Below are positions 46,901 to 64,000 of a stretch of DNA of 64,000 bases, piece after piece. The stretch covers positions 1-64,000 of the forward strand of contig JAQGDQ010000747.1 of assembly GCA_030141605.1 (NCBI GenBank), written 5' to 3'. Each line of letters opens with the position of its first letter. Within the stretch, counting starts at the first letter, position 1. Position numbers and translations under genes: made by a program. The notes beneath the pieces were generated by a model. It ran no database searches, was not told where the DNA came from, and worked only from the letters and a program-made list of their open reading frames with translations. The stretch comes from Tubiluchus corallicola (taxonomy: Eukaryota > Animalia > Priapulida).

Positions 46901-48893
46901 AAATTAGAGGCTACATGGCCCCTATCACTAATATTTATCATCAACTTATGTAACATGTAATAGATTGTAAATAACAAAATAAATTCTTATACATGTATGA
47001 ATTAAATACGTAGTCTATCAGGGATTTGTGTTTGTCTTTACATAACTTAAGAATGCCAAGATAAGAACAAAATCTATGTTATGCGCACAAAATTTACAGA
47101 ACACTATCTTGTCGTCTTTGTAAAAATCATCGGAAATTACTTGGCTCTTTGTTACCTGTCATATGTACAACTGGTGCAGAACACTAAAGTGAAGTAAGTT
47201 TCGTCTCTAGTACACATTTAATTTACAGAAAAGTCAAAAATCAGGCCAGTTCCATTTTGGTAGCTATTTCCGTTTTGTATGCTCATTCTGTAAATTGAAT
47301 CCATTTTTCATGATTACGGAAAATTGGAAGCCCTCAATGTCCTGTGTCCTGTTTCCAGTGAAATTCTAATACAAAAGTAAATTCAGCAGCCATTACACTG
47401 TGACTACTGAAATAAGGCAAAGTGCATCTTGCATAGTGAAGGAACCTGGTACCAATTATGATAAACTACCTTACTTAGATGGTAAGAGAAAAAATATCAC
47501 TTTGATGTGCTAGGTGTAACATGATTAGATATAAATGAAATTAATTAATTTTTTTCAGGTGGCAGCTGAGTTGTTGCTGGAACTAAATCCAGACGTACGG
47601 GGCGATTACATTGACGAAAGTCCTGAACAGATACTTGATAACAACACTTCTTATTTTAATAATTTTTCCATTGTTATTGCTACAAATCTTCCTGAGAAAA
47701 CCTTGATACGTTTAGCTGCTGTGCTTTGGGATGCAGAAGTTCCACTGTTGCTTTGTATTAGCTATGGATTTATTGGTTACATGAGACTCGTAATTAAGGA
47801 ACATGTTATAGTTGAATCACATCCTGATAACGCATTCGATGATCTGAGACTTGATCGGCCATTTCCTTTGCTTGTTGACTTTGTAAACTCTCAAAACCTA
47901 GATACCATGTCTAAGAAGGATCATTCTCACACACCGTATCTGGTTATTTTAATGAAGTACATTGACAAATGGCAGGCCAATTTTAACAGCACTTGGCCAA
48001 AATCTTACAGCGAAAAGAATGAATTAAAACGTTTAATTCGTGAAGGTGTAATTGAGAATGAGGATGGCTATAAAGAAGAGGAGAATTTTGAGGAGGCACT
48101 GCGGGCTGTAAATACTGCGCTAATTCCCACCAAAATTCCAGACATGATTAAGACTATCTTTAAGGACCAGGCATGCATGCAGCTCACATCTGAATCAAAA
48201 CCATTCTGGATAATGGCAAGAGCTGTGCGAGACTTTGTAGAGGTTAACGAATTGCTGCCATTACGTGGCTCAATTCCAGACATGACTGCTGATTCAGAAA
48301 GGTACATTCAATTGCAAAATTTGTACAGGGACCAAGCCAACAAAGACATTGACGCCATAATGGTACGGGTTTACCAGTTGCTGCAATCACTCGGAAAACC
48401 TTCAAAGTATGTCACTGAGCAGGATATAAAAGTCTTTTGTAGAAATGCTGCTTTTCTTAACGTGATACGGTGTAGGTCTATCGAACAGGAGTACAATCCA
48501 GAAAAAGCAAGGACCTCAGAAATTGCTTCACACTTAGATGATCCAGAGAGTGAAATGATCTGGTATGTTCTTCTACGATCGGTTCAGCGATTCCATACCG
48601 AATTTAATCGTTATCCTGGCTATTATGACGATGAAATAGAGCCAGACATTGTGACTTTGAAGTCTTGTACTTGTAAGATATTACAAGAATGGGGACTGGG
48701 ACCCATAATTAAAGACGACTTTATTCATGAGATATGCCGATCCGGTGCCGCTGAGTTGCACACAGTAGCAGCTTTTATAGGAGGTGCAGGCGCTCAAGAA
48801 GCCATCAAGATAATAACCAAACAGTTTGTGCCTTTCAATAATACTTTCATTTATAATGCAATGACTCAGACATCAGCTACATTTGAACTATAG
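43902..48893 (+). CDS. NAE1: NEDD8-activating enzyme E1 regulatory subunit (APPBP1/ULA1), 3 coding exons, 534 aa
   Basis: Exons 43902-44067, 46089-46192 (GC donor) and 47559-48893, 1605 nt in total. Motifs [93 protein letters not shown] and [36 protein letters not shown]. Confidence 0.97.
44108..45808. mobile_element. Kolobok-like non-autonomous DNA transposon (~1.7 kb) filling most of NAE1 intron 1, with a decayed THAP domain
   Basis: Left end (TTAAAAA)AGGTCCGGTGACAC versus reverse complement of the right end TTAAAGGTCCTATGACAC (TTAA at 45809-45812). Internal remnant at ~44612-44790 ([18 protein letters not shown]...QWILR...RHFE) is THAP-like. Confidence 0.7.
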
Positions 48894-50271
48894 AAGTTGG
48901 GCTTTGTGAGATTAGTAGTCGAATCAATTGTTTTGTCGTAAGATGCAGTGTTCTAAGATGAGTATGTGCTGCATCTTACATTGTTAGTAGGCCCTATGGT
49001 GTGACAAGAACCTGATAAGACAATAATTGCATGTACTTGTAATGACATTAATTATTGTTCCATTAGTAGCGTAGTAGTAAACATCAACAGGTGATGCCTT
49101 CGAGCTCTTTCTGACCAATCCCTAATAAAAGATGAAGTGTGTTGTCTTTTCACACAGTGTTAGTATTAAATTATTTATAAAGTTGAGGCACATGTAATTT
49201 AGGAATATAAGAACAACAATATTATTATAATGTAATAAATTTGTAAAGTCCATGGGGGGATTTTAGTGGGTTTTGTAAGTGCATTTTGAACTATTGATGA
49301 AATGTGACATTTTTCCTCAAAATTAAGACCTGTTTGTTTTACTCCAAAAAGGCTTAGGTGATTGGCTGACCTTTAACAGAAAAGTTTGTTGCATAAGGTC
49401 AATACCTGTAAATACTTAAATACCTTGAGGAAACATAGTAACTTAAGTAAGACATGGCAGTGCATAACGAACAGCATAATGCATTATCTACTCAGATCGA
49501 AGTATAACTTTGTGGGATATGTATGTTAATCTAGAACCTATATTCTAGAATAGCCATTTCCTAATAAGATCATACTTTCGTTCACTAACTGTGTAAATAT
49601 TAATACTGTAAATCAAATTACCTTGTGTGTTATGGTACATAAATCAAATTTGTTATATGTCATATCTTCTTAGAAATGTCTTTTATTGAATTGGAAAGAA
49701 ATGCAAGCGGGTTTTTCAGGTCCATAACAAGTACAATTTATGTAAGGTTTTGTTGTGAATACTACAGTTTTTCATTAATTATTTAGCTGTGCAACATTTC
49801 CATGGTACATTATGCTTTAAGTGTAGTAACCTAAATCATCATAGTATATATATTTCTGTAATTTTTTTGTCTTAATAAAGATTATGATGATGGATCATTT
49901 GGTTTGTAGACTCACGAAAGAGCCATGAATTTGTACACTTAGGGTTGGATCCCAAAACAGATTTCCTCAGTAAAGTTATTCAGGTCATTAGTGCCTGTAT
50001 TCAAGTATGCATTGCTATGCTTTTTCTTAGTAGAGGAACAATCTTGATGTTCTGTAACACTTTTGCTAGAACAAAGGTTTGAAAGCTATGTGCTGAAAGT
50101 TTTACCTCAATGCGATTCGTACAGCATTAATTAATTTTAAAGTTGTGCTTTTTCATTGATTCTAGAAAAGTACAATGATAATAAAATACGAGCATACATT
50201 TTTTGGCACGGTTGTGAATGCATAATTGAACATGAAGGCTAATCTCAGGCTGAAGATGAATTATAATATCT

Positions 50272-51057
50272 AAAGATAAATTTTGAAGGTATATTATAAT
50301 CATTGGTGAGTTTTCGTCAATTGTTCATTTCACAAAAATAAAATATTTTATACATAAGATAGTAATTGTGTGAGACAAGAATTACTCATAAATAGATGCT
50401 AAAAACTATTTCATTCTCTGTGAGGGGTGCCAATGTACTAACACCAGACGACAGAGGAACAGTCTTAATGTTCCTTAACATTTTCGCTAGAATAAAGATT
50501 TGAAGCTGTTTTGAATTGCCCAAGGGGCACTAAAATAATCTAGCTTATATTTTTGGTAAATTTGACCATTGACTGTAAGTGCATAGACCTTATCAAATTT
50601 GCAGTCAGACTGACCTAACAAAAGGCCAAAGATAGGTCTATATTTTTTTTATTCAGGGTGGCATTTCGAGTAATTTGATTTCCACTTTATTAGGATTCGT
50701 GCATTTTGAAATTCGGCCCCCATTGGCGCCCTTTTGCCCACTACAAAAATTGCTGACATTTTGAAGAGGGTGGCTCGGTCCAGACTAGATTTTTAGTACC
50801 CCTCGGGCAATTCAAAATCGCTTTCAAATCTTTGTGCTAGCGAAAGTGTTATGGAACGTTAAGACTGTTCCTCTACTATCTAGTGTTAGTACACTGGCAC
50901 CCCTCACAGAGAGTGAAATAGCTTTTTTAACATCCATTTATGAGTAATCCTTGTCCCACATAACTAGTATCTTATGTATAAAATATTTTGTTATTGTGAA
51001 ATAAACAATTGACAAAAATTTACCAGTGATTATAATATACCTTCAAAATTTATCTTT
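50272..51057. repeat. Long inverted repeat (foldback): arms 50272-50543 and 50785-51057, spacer ~240 bp
   Basis: The left arm AAAGATAAATTTTGAAGGTATATTATAATCA...GAATTGCCCAAGGGGCACTAAAATAATCTAG aligns end to end with the reverse complement of the right arm, roughly 85-90% identical by eye. A ~60-bp partial direct copy lies at ~50030-50090. Confidence 0.93.
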
Positions 51058-53200
51058 CGTCAGTCGGTTTTCATATATTAACAAATTTTCCCAACGAGTT
51101 CAACTCCTTTGACATGTTGTAATGTCTATGTTATTTCAAAATAAATGGTATGGTATAATTATTATTTCTGGACGATTTTTGGACAATTGGCATAAACTGG
51201 AATCTTAATAATTTTACAGTAATAGGTTTTGTAGTAAAAACGTTGATAATGCTTAGAAGCCTTATAGAAATAATATATGAAATGCTTTGAGAAATTAGTG
51301 AACGCTGTGCTACATTGCGTTATATTTCAAAACCTAAAGCACACCTGTCGCAGGTATACGCGGCAGCTGCTGATGGGAAAGGTGAATGTTAATCCAGCGA
51401 TGCAGAAAATTGAAATCTATTTACTGCGATACGCCCTGCCTGTGTAACTTTGCTCAGGCTTTGACTTTAGTGTATCATAAGATCCTGTACTTTGTGGCGT
51501 GACATTTTGGTAAAATTGGTTGTGTTCGAGTAAGCGGCAGCCGTTTATAGGCCCATTTCTACCATATACGAAGGTAAGAATATAATTTCACCAGAAATGT
51601 AAATTTTTAATTTAAAAGCGTATTAATTGTTACTTTGTGACTTTTTAATGAAATGAGGTTGAGGTAAAAACAAAAGTAAGCCCATTTAATGGCAATAAGG
51701 TTAAAAATGCATGCATTATTTAATGCAATTAGGTCTGCAAATATGACCCATCAATTAGATCCAGATATCATCGGCAAGTTCGCAGGAAAAAATGTTAAAA
51801 AGATAGTATTGGTGAATGAGCATCTGCTTTCTTCAGCCTTTCTCGAACTTTCCTATAATTTTGTTCGAACTTTTTACGAAAATGATGACTTTGTGAACTT
51901 GTATTTGTATTTGTGACTTTGTATTTGGTTTATTCTCTATCATTGTGTAAACGTACCATTATATCATCGTAAGCGTACGAAACGTGTGGTACAACAAAAG
52001 CACCAATAACTACTTGTACGTAACGAATGTGTATAATATTTAGATACCCTCTTGCCGCTCATTGTATGTACGTGTGTGAAGCGCCTAATTTATTTGTGTC
52101 GCTCCTTTTCTTATTAGTCCTTAGCTTAGGCTTTAACTTACATTAGTGTGGCCTGTGAGGGTAAACGACCAACAAGCAATAACATTAATCTAATACTTCA
52201 TTATAGCTTTTGCTTACTATTAACTCTAAGGTCATTTATCTTTCCAATACTTTGTATAATCGTTCAACCTTTTTGCTTTAATGAGATCAATCGTCAATGC
52301 GGTTGAATTGGGCAATTTAACACAATAGCCCGACGATTGCGTATAATACTTACAATTATTAACACCGCTTATGAAACTGCTGAATCATTACGAAAAATGC
52401 CCGGTGTTTTGCCCGCGATTATTGCTCTACTTTTTTCTATTTAGTTGCGATTAAAAAGACAAGACATCTTATAGGAAGCTGTCAGTATTATAATAGGCTG
52501 AACTAAAAATTAAATCAAGTTAAGCACAAAAACTTAGATTTTGGTGCGAAATTAAGCTTTTAAATGCGAACGTTACAGTCGCATATAGTCATAAACATGT
52601 CACAGAGTTTTTCAGTGATTCTTAAGCCTATGATACACCGAAGCGTCCAGTGCCTGGCGTCCGAATCCAGCGCCTGAAAGCGAGAATGCCGAGAAAGTAC
52701 GCATATAATCATCATCGATGGGTTATGAAACCAAAGATTTGGCAACGGATAAGTTTTCGCTCTGGGGTTTTTTTGGTTTGATAATCATTACTATCAGCGA
52801 CTAGATGTATACAGCGAAGTAACTGGCTTATTGAGGCCTTATATTATAGTCCAACACGTTTCATTTTGATTTTCATACAATGTCAGCTTTCCCGCACACT
52901 ATATTTTGCCTTAGTTAAAGGTACACTGACATCCACCTAAGCGGCAGGAAAGTTTATTTTCGGATAAATAAATAATAAATGTAGTCGGAGCGATTATTTT
53001 CTCTCATGGAGATTACAAAAGCTGAATAAACAATGTATCAACATGAAACTGGATAATAATAAAATCAGAAGCATATCGATGTCCGCATTATAAGTACAAA
53101 CGCGTAATTAATTCGGCAAAAGACAGTAAACAGCTTCCTAGTAAAGGTTAGTGACATTGATGTTCAACAGATCAAAAGCGTTGTAGGTCCTAAAGCCAGC

Positions 53201-53365
53201 ATGGCTGAGTATTATTTTCTGTAATGAGCGACTGATATTCAATAGTTTGAAACGAATCAACAATTTGACCGAAACAGTTGTACGTGTCAATGCTTATGTC
53301 TGAGCGGTATGTTCTGTAATGACTGATTGATATTCAATAATTTGAAGCAAATAAGCAGTTCAAGA
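53201..53365. repeat. Diverged direct duplication, period ~95 bp
   Basis: ATGGCTGAG...TTCTGTAATGAGCGACTGATATTCAATAGTTTGAA versus ATGTCTGAG...TTCTGTAATGACTGATTGATATTCAATAATTTGAA. Confidence 0.7.
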
Positions 53366-54028
53366 CTTTGAGATTACTCAAGTTTCCAAGACAAAACCTA
53401 AAGCCTCTAACGGTCCACTGAGCTGCGAAATTAATGCCAAGTTTTATAACGGTTTTATTACTTCGCGTATAATACCGTCACGAAATAATAAAGCTTTGCT
53501 GAAATTTATCCTTTTCTTACAATGAAACCATTCCATGTAAATACAACAGAGATTGTAAAAATCCTCTCTAAGCAATGAACGTAATAATTATCACGCTTTC
53601 CTTTTCAAGACAAATAGAGCACGTCGTTCTATTTTTCTCTCTGAGGCTGAAATTAGATGTAAGACAAAAGTTTACACTTTATCGTATTCAAAATGTAATC
53701 ATGAAGCTAGGCACAAGCTGAATCGTTGGCGCTGCCTTTACTTCAGTTACGTAGCATGTAGAAGAATTAGGATTATAGAATTGCGGTGTGGATGTATGAC
53801 TTCTTATTCTGATTATCCATATGTACAAAATTTTTCTCGTGTCAGTTTTCTCAGCATACAAACTCTAGTTTTAAATCTTTTATCGGCAATACCACAAAGT
53901 CAGTAACTAGCCTGTAAAATAGAAATTGAAGGTACCTAATTAATAATTAATTTAATTAAAACGATATTATTAGCCACACCGTAACTGACTACATGCGTTT
54001 ATTCGCGATGATAATCACAGTAAAGGCA

Positions 54029-54222
54029 TTTGGTTACAGTTTGGACGATTATGAGTTTAATTAAGTGGTTATAGGTCGCCTGATTTTGTGTCTAATTCTT
54101 GGTTACAGTTTACCTAATTGTGAGTTTGATTACTTAGTTACAGTTTGCCTAGTTATGAGTTTAATTACTTCCTTTACGATTTTGATTGTAAGCTTAATTA
54201 TTTGGTTACAGTTTGCCTGATT
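54029..54222. repeat. Degenerate ~35-bp minisatellite, ~5.5 copies
   Basis: Consensus approximately TTGGTTACAGTTTGCCTGATTATGAGTTTAATTAC, with units starting near 54030, 54065, 54099, 54134, 54169 and 54202. Confidence 0.85.
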
Positions 54223-56476
54223 AAGCTAGTGCCGCCTTTATTTTACTAAAGCACAAGAAAACTCTTTACTTGCATAAAGCTAAAAAATCACCTTGACCAC
54301 GAGGACCATTAAGCTAAGTCATTTTAAACATTGCGTAAAATTTGAAAAAGTAGTCAGGCAATTCTTTGCGCTAACTAAGCAAAGTATAAATTACTGTAAT
54401 GTGTCAACAAGATTAAAAGTACTTTTTTGTGAGTAAGTGGTGCACATTGGATTGTGAGTATGCGACATTTTATCAGTTGGAGTGAACATTTTAAATGCCT
54501 AGTAATTTTTTGCCTAAGTCTTTCAAGCGTAATGCTGAGTAATACAACTTTGTGTGGAAAGTGTTTTGAGACAATACTTTAAAGCAGCCTTTCATTTTTC
54601 TTTAAAGTCGGTGCCCCTTTTTATAACCAATTTGATTTATGAATGCCTTGCTGGTTTCCTTATTCAGGTCTAGCAGCTGTGTTACTTGTTGATTATTAAC
54701 CGTTTCACTCAAGCTGAATTTTAAAAACTGCTCTGCCATTGAAACGTACAACTATAAGGAAGGTTAATATTAGACAAAAAGTATTAAACAAAGCAGAATA
54801 TTCTGGGTATATATACCTTTTAAGCAAATACTTTTCTTTTGTCTAGCAAATGCATGCAAGTCACAACTGGGTCACGGACTAGCTCTAACATTTGTGGGTC
54901 AATCCTATACATTTTGAAGTAACTTTCACTTGGTTGCGCTTTACAGCAGATTTAAGAACTACACGAAGCAGAAGACAAACAAATGCCTACGCTTGACCCT
55001 AATCCACATTTATGCAGCAAACGCTTTGTCTTTAAGGACGAGGACGGATTAAAGCCGCTTAAGTCAGGATGAAATATACTCACTAGAACCTCAAATTAAC
55101 TTAAGTTAAAAATCTGAATTATACGGTTAGCAAAGCACTGCCTACGAATATGCCTGTAAAGGTTTTTCGCCTATAAAGAATGTTTTTCAATGACAAACAA
55201 TGGAACGAATCTATTACAGGACAAGAGCGATAAAAGATAAACTGGATTATTTTGGATTTGTGCACGTACAGCATAACCACAATACATTTAGTTCGGTGAA
55301 ATTATTGCGCGAGTTTAACGATATTATTTCATATTAGAAAAAAGAAATGTTAGATGACAATAAAGACACAAGTAGAGGAGAACCTCAAAATAAAACAAGG
55401 GCATGTCGCACCTTCAAAAAGGAATACAGACTTGAAAAGTTATTTGTTTTGTACGCTCCAGCCACAATACTTGTTTGTAAACGTTTCTTTCACAATTGTT
55501 AAATATGTCTTATTTGTTTGTTTGTAACGTAATGTATGTAACTGTGGTTCAATAAACAAACACATAATGCCGTTCACGTGGCATGACAGACCTTTAAATT
55601 GCAATAACTCGCAGCTTTACACTGTGGGCCACATGCCAGTTCAGTTATGCGGGTCTGTCTGGCAGTTGTACTACCAAAAGAGCTGCTTACATTTTACTTT
55701 GCCTTTGGAATACAAAATTTTTGGTGGAAGTTTAAGGCAAAACTCGCCTGTGTGTAAAAATGTAATTACGACAGCCATTTGGCGCAACAGAGGACAAACT
55801 ATGTATATTTTGGTCGAAAATTAATAATTTTTCACTTTTGTTGAATGACTCTGTCACCACTATTAACATTACCCTGTAACTGCTGTTTGGAAATTATCAT
55901 GAAGTAAACAAATGGGAGATGGTTTTACAAATACTCTGTTTGACTAAGTTTTGACTAATGTTTGACTAATACTCTGTGACATAACTCCACAGTTTTTATG
56001 AACTTAAAACTAGAAAAAATGTCAAGGTTTTTTCAACCACTTACTAGGAACTACTACATCTATGCAATTAATAACCGAGAGAGTTACAGATGATATCCTT
56101 ACATTAAGCTTTCAGAAGACCCTTGATGTATGTCCTTATATAAAGGTAATAGACAATAGACGCAAAAGGGGGGATTATAAAGCATTATCTATAAGGGCTG
56201 TGAATGGGATTACTATTTCACGCATGAAATTACATAGTTAAAGAAAGTGAATGTTATCAATTATTTCTGAAGGACGTTTAGCTAACTAGCCAAATCTTCC
56301 TTAAATTAACACAAGAAAATGTCATAATCATTAAAAGTTTTTTTTTGTTATGCTGGCTAATGCTTATGAAATTGCATGTTAATTTTCCCATATTGAGGAG
56401 TAATAGAAACTCTAGGCCTGTACCTTCTAGAAACTTTGTCGAGGAAATATTAGGGCAAGGGATTAAAGACCCAAAG

Positions 56477-56693
56477 TACAGCGTATTCCAAAAGAAACAA
56501 TGCAGGTACAAATGCTACATGCATACCATGACACAAGGTCCAAGTCGTACATACATTTCCAGCACTTATTGTGATATAATCTCCTACTATGTGACTTAAC
56601 ACTCATTCGCATTTCCTTGTGATTTAATCAGCATATTTCGGCATAATTATCAGCATATTTTTCCTGCACTAGTTTTTTTTGGAACACCTTGTA
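56477..56693. mobile_element. Tc1/mariner-like MITE relic
   Basis: Left end TACAGCGTATTCCAAAA versus reverse complement of the right end TACAAGGTGTTCCAAAA; TA at both ends. Confidence 0.5.
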
Positions 56694-59442
56694 CAAGAAT
56701 AACACATTCAACTGAGGAACGAATGAGTCTAAAATGTTTACAGTTAAATTTGCTTTAAGTTTGGTACATTGTATCTATCATATTTCTGTCCAGGGCATTC
56801 GTGTTTATTTGGTTAATGGCGTAGAAAATGAACAATATGTTGATGCGTTTCATTCATAATATATTGCACTTGTAACATTTGGATTTGAATTTTGATATTA
56901 TACAACCTATAATGTTTGTAAATGCTCGTTTGTTATGTTAATTAAATAAATACAAATCTAAATCTATCGTGTTGTCGAGGAATCAAAAGCATAAGAAACA
57001 ACAGGTTCAGAGATCAACAGCCACAAGTGAAAAAATGTCAAAAACAATTTTACGAAACTAATAAAATGTTAATTGTCAAATAGGCCCAAAGACCCATAGC
57101 ACCAAAAAAGCGAATTTACTTTTATTAAATACATAACAGTCTATCACTATTATATAATCAGCATTCAACTAACCTGAAAATTTGAAGGCCTTTGATTACC
57201 AGCAGCTATTTTAAACCAAACTTGTACATCGCACTAAATTCTTTGTCCAGATGCCTAAAGCAAAATACACAACTCGTGGAATGTTGATCGCTTATAAAGA
57301 AAAATATCTGTTCTAACTAATGAGTACATATATGCTAAATACTGGTATAAGTAGGCATTCCACGCAAAGGTTACCCAATGTCATTGCTACTAGGTAGAGT
57401 ATTCACGTATTTAAGAATTTTATAAATAGTAAAAACTGCCATTGAACGTATTTAGCAACTGCCTACCATTAGAACTAGAGATCCGCAACATTGTTTAACT
57501 ATCTGCAATGTTTGACCAGTATTTACAATATTTACAAGCGATATATTGACAATGTTGTCTTTATAAACTTCTATGATATTGTATCTTACGTGCAATTTTA
57601 TTCACCTTTCCTCTGGCACCTTGTATAATTATAATAATTATGACAGCATATCCGTTATTTCTTATAAAACGTTATTTTTTAAAATAGCACAGGTAATTGG
57701 CGATTCGTGAATAAAACTCTCCAATAAATATTAAGCGTGGAAGGCGCATACAAAGTATAAACAGAATTGATTATAGGGCAATTTTGGCCTAATTCGTGGT
57801 TTTGTTCCATTTCTTCCGTTTCTTCCGTTTGCGTGTTTGCATGTTGAGTGTCAAAGGATACCTCCTGTAATCAAGAAATTTATGAGGTAACACAGACATA
57901 TAAAGGCCAACGTTAAGTTGTGTTTTAGCTCTTAAGTAAACGTGAGTGAAAGTAGATATTTGTAAGTATAGTAAGCTAGTATTTGCAAGTAAATAAACAA
58001 GCAAACAAGCAAACGGGAGAAACAAAGGAGGGAACAAAATAATAATATATTAACGGTGTGAAAAGTATTCCAAACAAAAGCATGTGCACGTATAATCTTT
58101 TAGATGTAAGTATATATATTAAAAATTATTGCTTGCTTTTGCGTTGAAAACTGTTTCCTAAGAGCAAAAACCTGTATTTTGTTTTTGGATTTCTAAACGT
58201 ATGCACGAAACTGTTATTTCATATTGCGTATTTCACTGACGTCCGTAGGTTTTCAATGAGCTGTTCAAGAACACTCAAACAATTCACACATGGCGTAACA
58301 TACGAATAATAACATTTCAGTAGAGTATATGCGCCTTAACGCTTTAACGCGAGGGTCTCGAACCCGAGACTGCGGCTCCGAGAGCGTCTGCTGTCTGCAG
58401 TTCAGGCAAGTGGACCAGCGAATGCATAAGACATTTTTTATTTTAATGGTGATGACCTTTAGTAAAACAATAACTGTGCAAAGTGATCAACACCAAGATT
58501 CAGTACATTCAGTATTTGCTAACTAAAGGCCGGCTTAGTGTTATATTAGGCTGACTTGTTGTTCTTGTCGTCTTTGCTGCTGTTGGTCTTAGTGCTGCTG
58601 TTGTTACTGTTGTAACGTTTGTTGTGTCACGTTGTCATCGTCATCGCCGTAAATGTTTTGTGAGTAACGTTTGTTTGCTCGCGGCTAATACAGTGCGGCT
58701 ATTACCGCCAAAACAATTTTTGTGTTGCACTTTAAATTAGAATTATTGCTTTGAAAATTAAATGTAGGATTTTGATAGAGATTTTTTTTGAATTTTAGTG
58801 GAAATAGCCTTTACAACTTTATTGTTACCAAAAATCTAAAAAGGAGTTTAGACTAGCAAAAGTTTTGTAGTTTGTAACCTTTGCATTATTACCTGTGCAA
58901 AACCTTTCGCCATACAAGCTACACTAAATTCTTCTGTGTGTTTGTTCATAAATTCATAACGGATGCAAATTATTTAAAGTTTTAAGCGACCTTCGCGCGC
59001 TATCGGAACATATCGGGATCATAGATACTTGCAAATTATTATTCGCTCTTACACGATATGCATAAGACACAGTTCACTGATTTGTTGAGCAGCTTTTTTA
59101 TGTCACTTACAAGGACACCTGTATAGTAGATTGTCCTATTTATGGTCACTCACGTGTTTCCCTACAGTGAAACCAAAACAGTGGTTAAAATAATACGATC
59201 GGCCTCCAAAATAAACTGACCGATGTGCGGAACTGACAGTTTCTACGTGTATAACTCAGACCGTCGTCATCTTGTATGGGCAAATTGTATGTGCTTATGT
59301 GCATTTTTGTAAATGAAAACCATTTCTACTTTACCGGCATTAAATTTTTTTACTTTCACGTGAAACATCAGAGTTTTTTCATCAGTTATGCCATATCTGC
59401 ATCAGAATTTTATTGTGAATTGTCTTTTCTTCTAGGAGCAAA

Positions 59443-64000
<4,558 letters not shown>

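Noticed and set aside
47535-47558. ORF-track start MKLINFFQ for the 452-aa NAE1 ORF
   Set aside because: This is intronic polypyrimidine/acceptor sequence; the true N-terminus comes from the exons at 43902 and 46089.
54029-54222. CRISPR-like spacing of ~35-bp repeats
   Set aside because: The units are contiguous and degenerate, there are no unique spacers or cas genes, and the context is eukaryotic.

Overview
AT-rich, intron-containing invertebrate animal genomic DNA; the NAE1 sequence looks arthropod-like, but that is an inference. It is not prokaryotic, so most ORFs in the supplied track are exon fragments or noise. I assembled six spliced genes by hand from splice signals and reading-frame phase: the 3' part of a phospholipid scramblase (+, 216-3924); LHFPL6/LHFP (+, 9286-21526, 203 aa); LYRM4/ISD11 (+, 24053-27703, 92 aa); YIPF1 (-, 41007-29352, 9 exons, 302 aa); NAE1/APPBP1 (+, 43902-48893, 3 exons, 534 aa, probable GC-AG intron); and the first two coding exons of an uncharacterised secreted protein with a reduced 4-Cys LDLa-like module (+, 59443 to the window end), which the ORF track misses. 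Introns and intergenic DNA carry non-autonomous DNA transposons (hAT with an 8-bp TSD, PIF/Harbinger with a TTA TSD, two Kolobok-like elements with decayed THAP domains, Tc1/mariner-like MITEs), LINE relics, micro- and minisatellites, a ~270-bp-arm inverted repeat downstream of NAE1, and three decayed tRNA-like units between the divergent YIPF1 and NAE1 starts. No clearly new multi-gene system is proven. The best leads are the secreted LDLa-like gene, the tRNA-like array, the intron-poor NAE1, the long foldback and a candidate recursive splice site in LHFPL6. All homology calls are from recalled sequences and motifs, not database searches.
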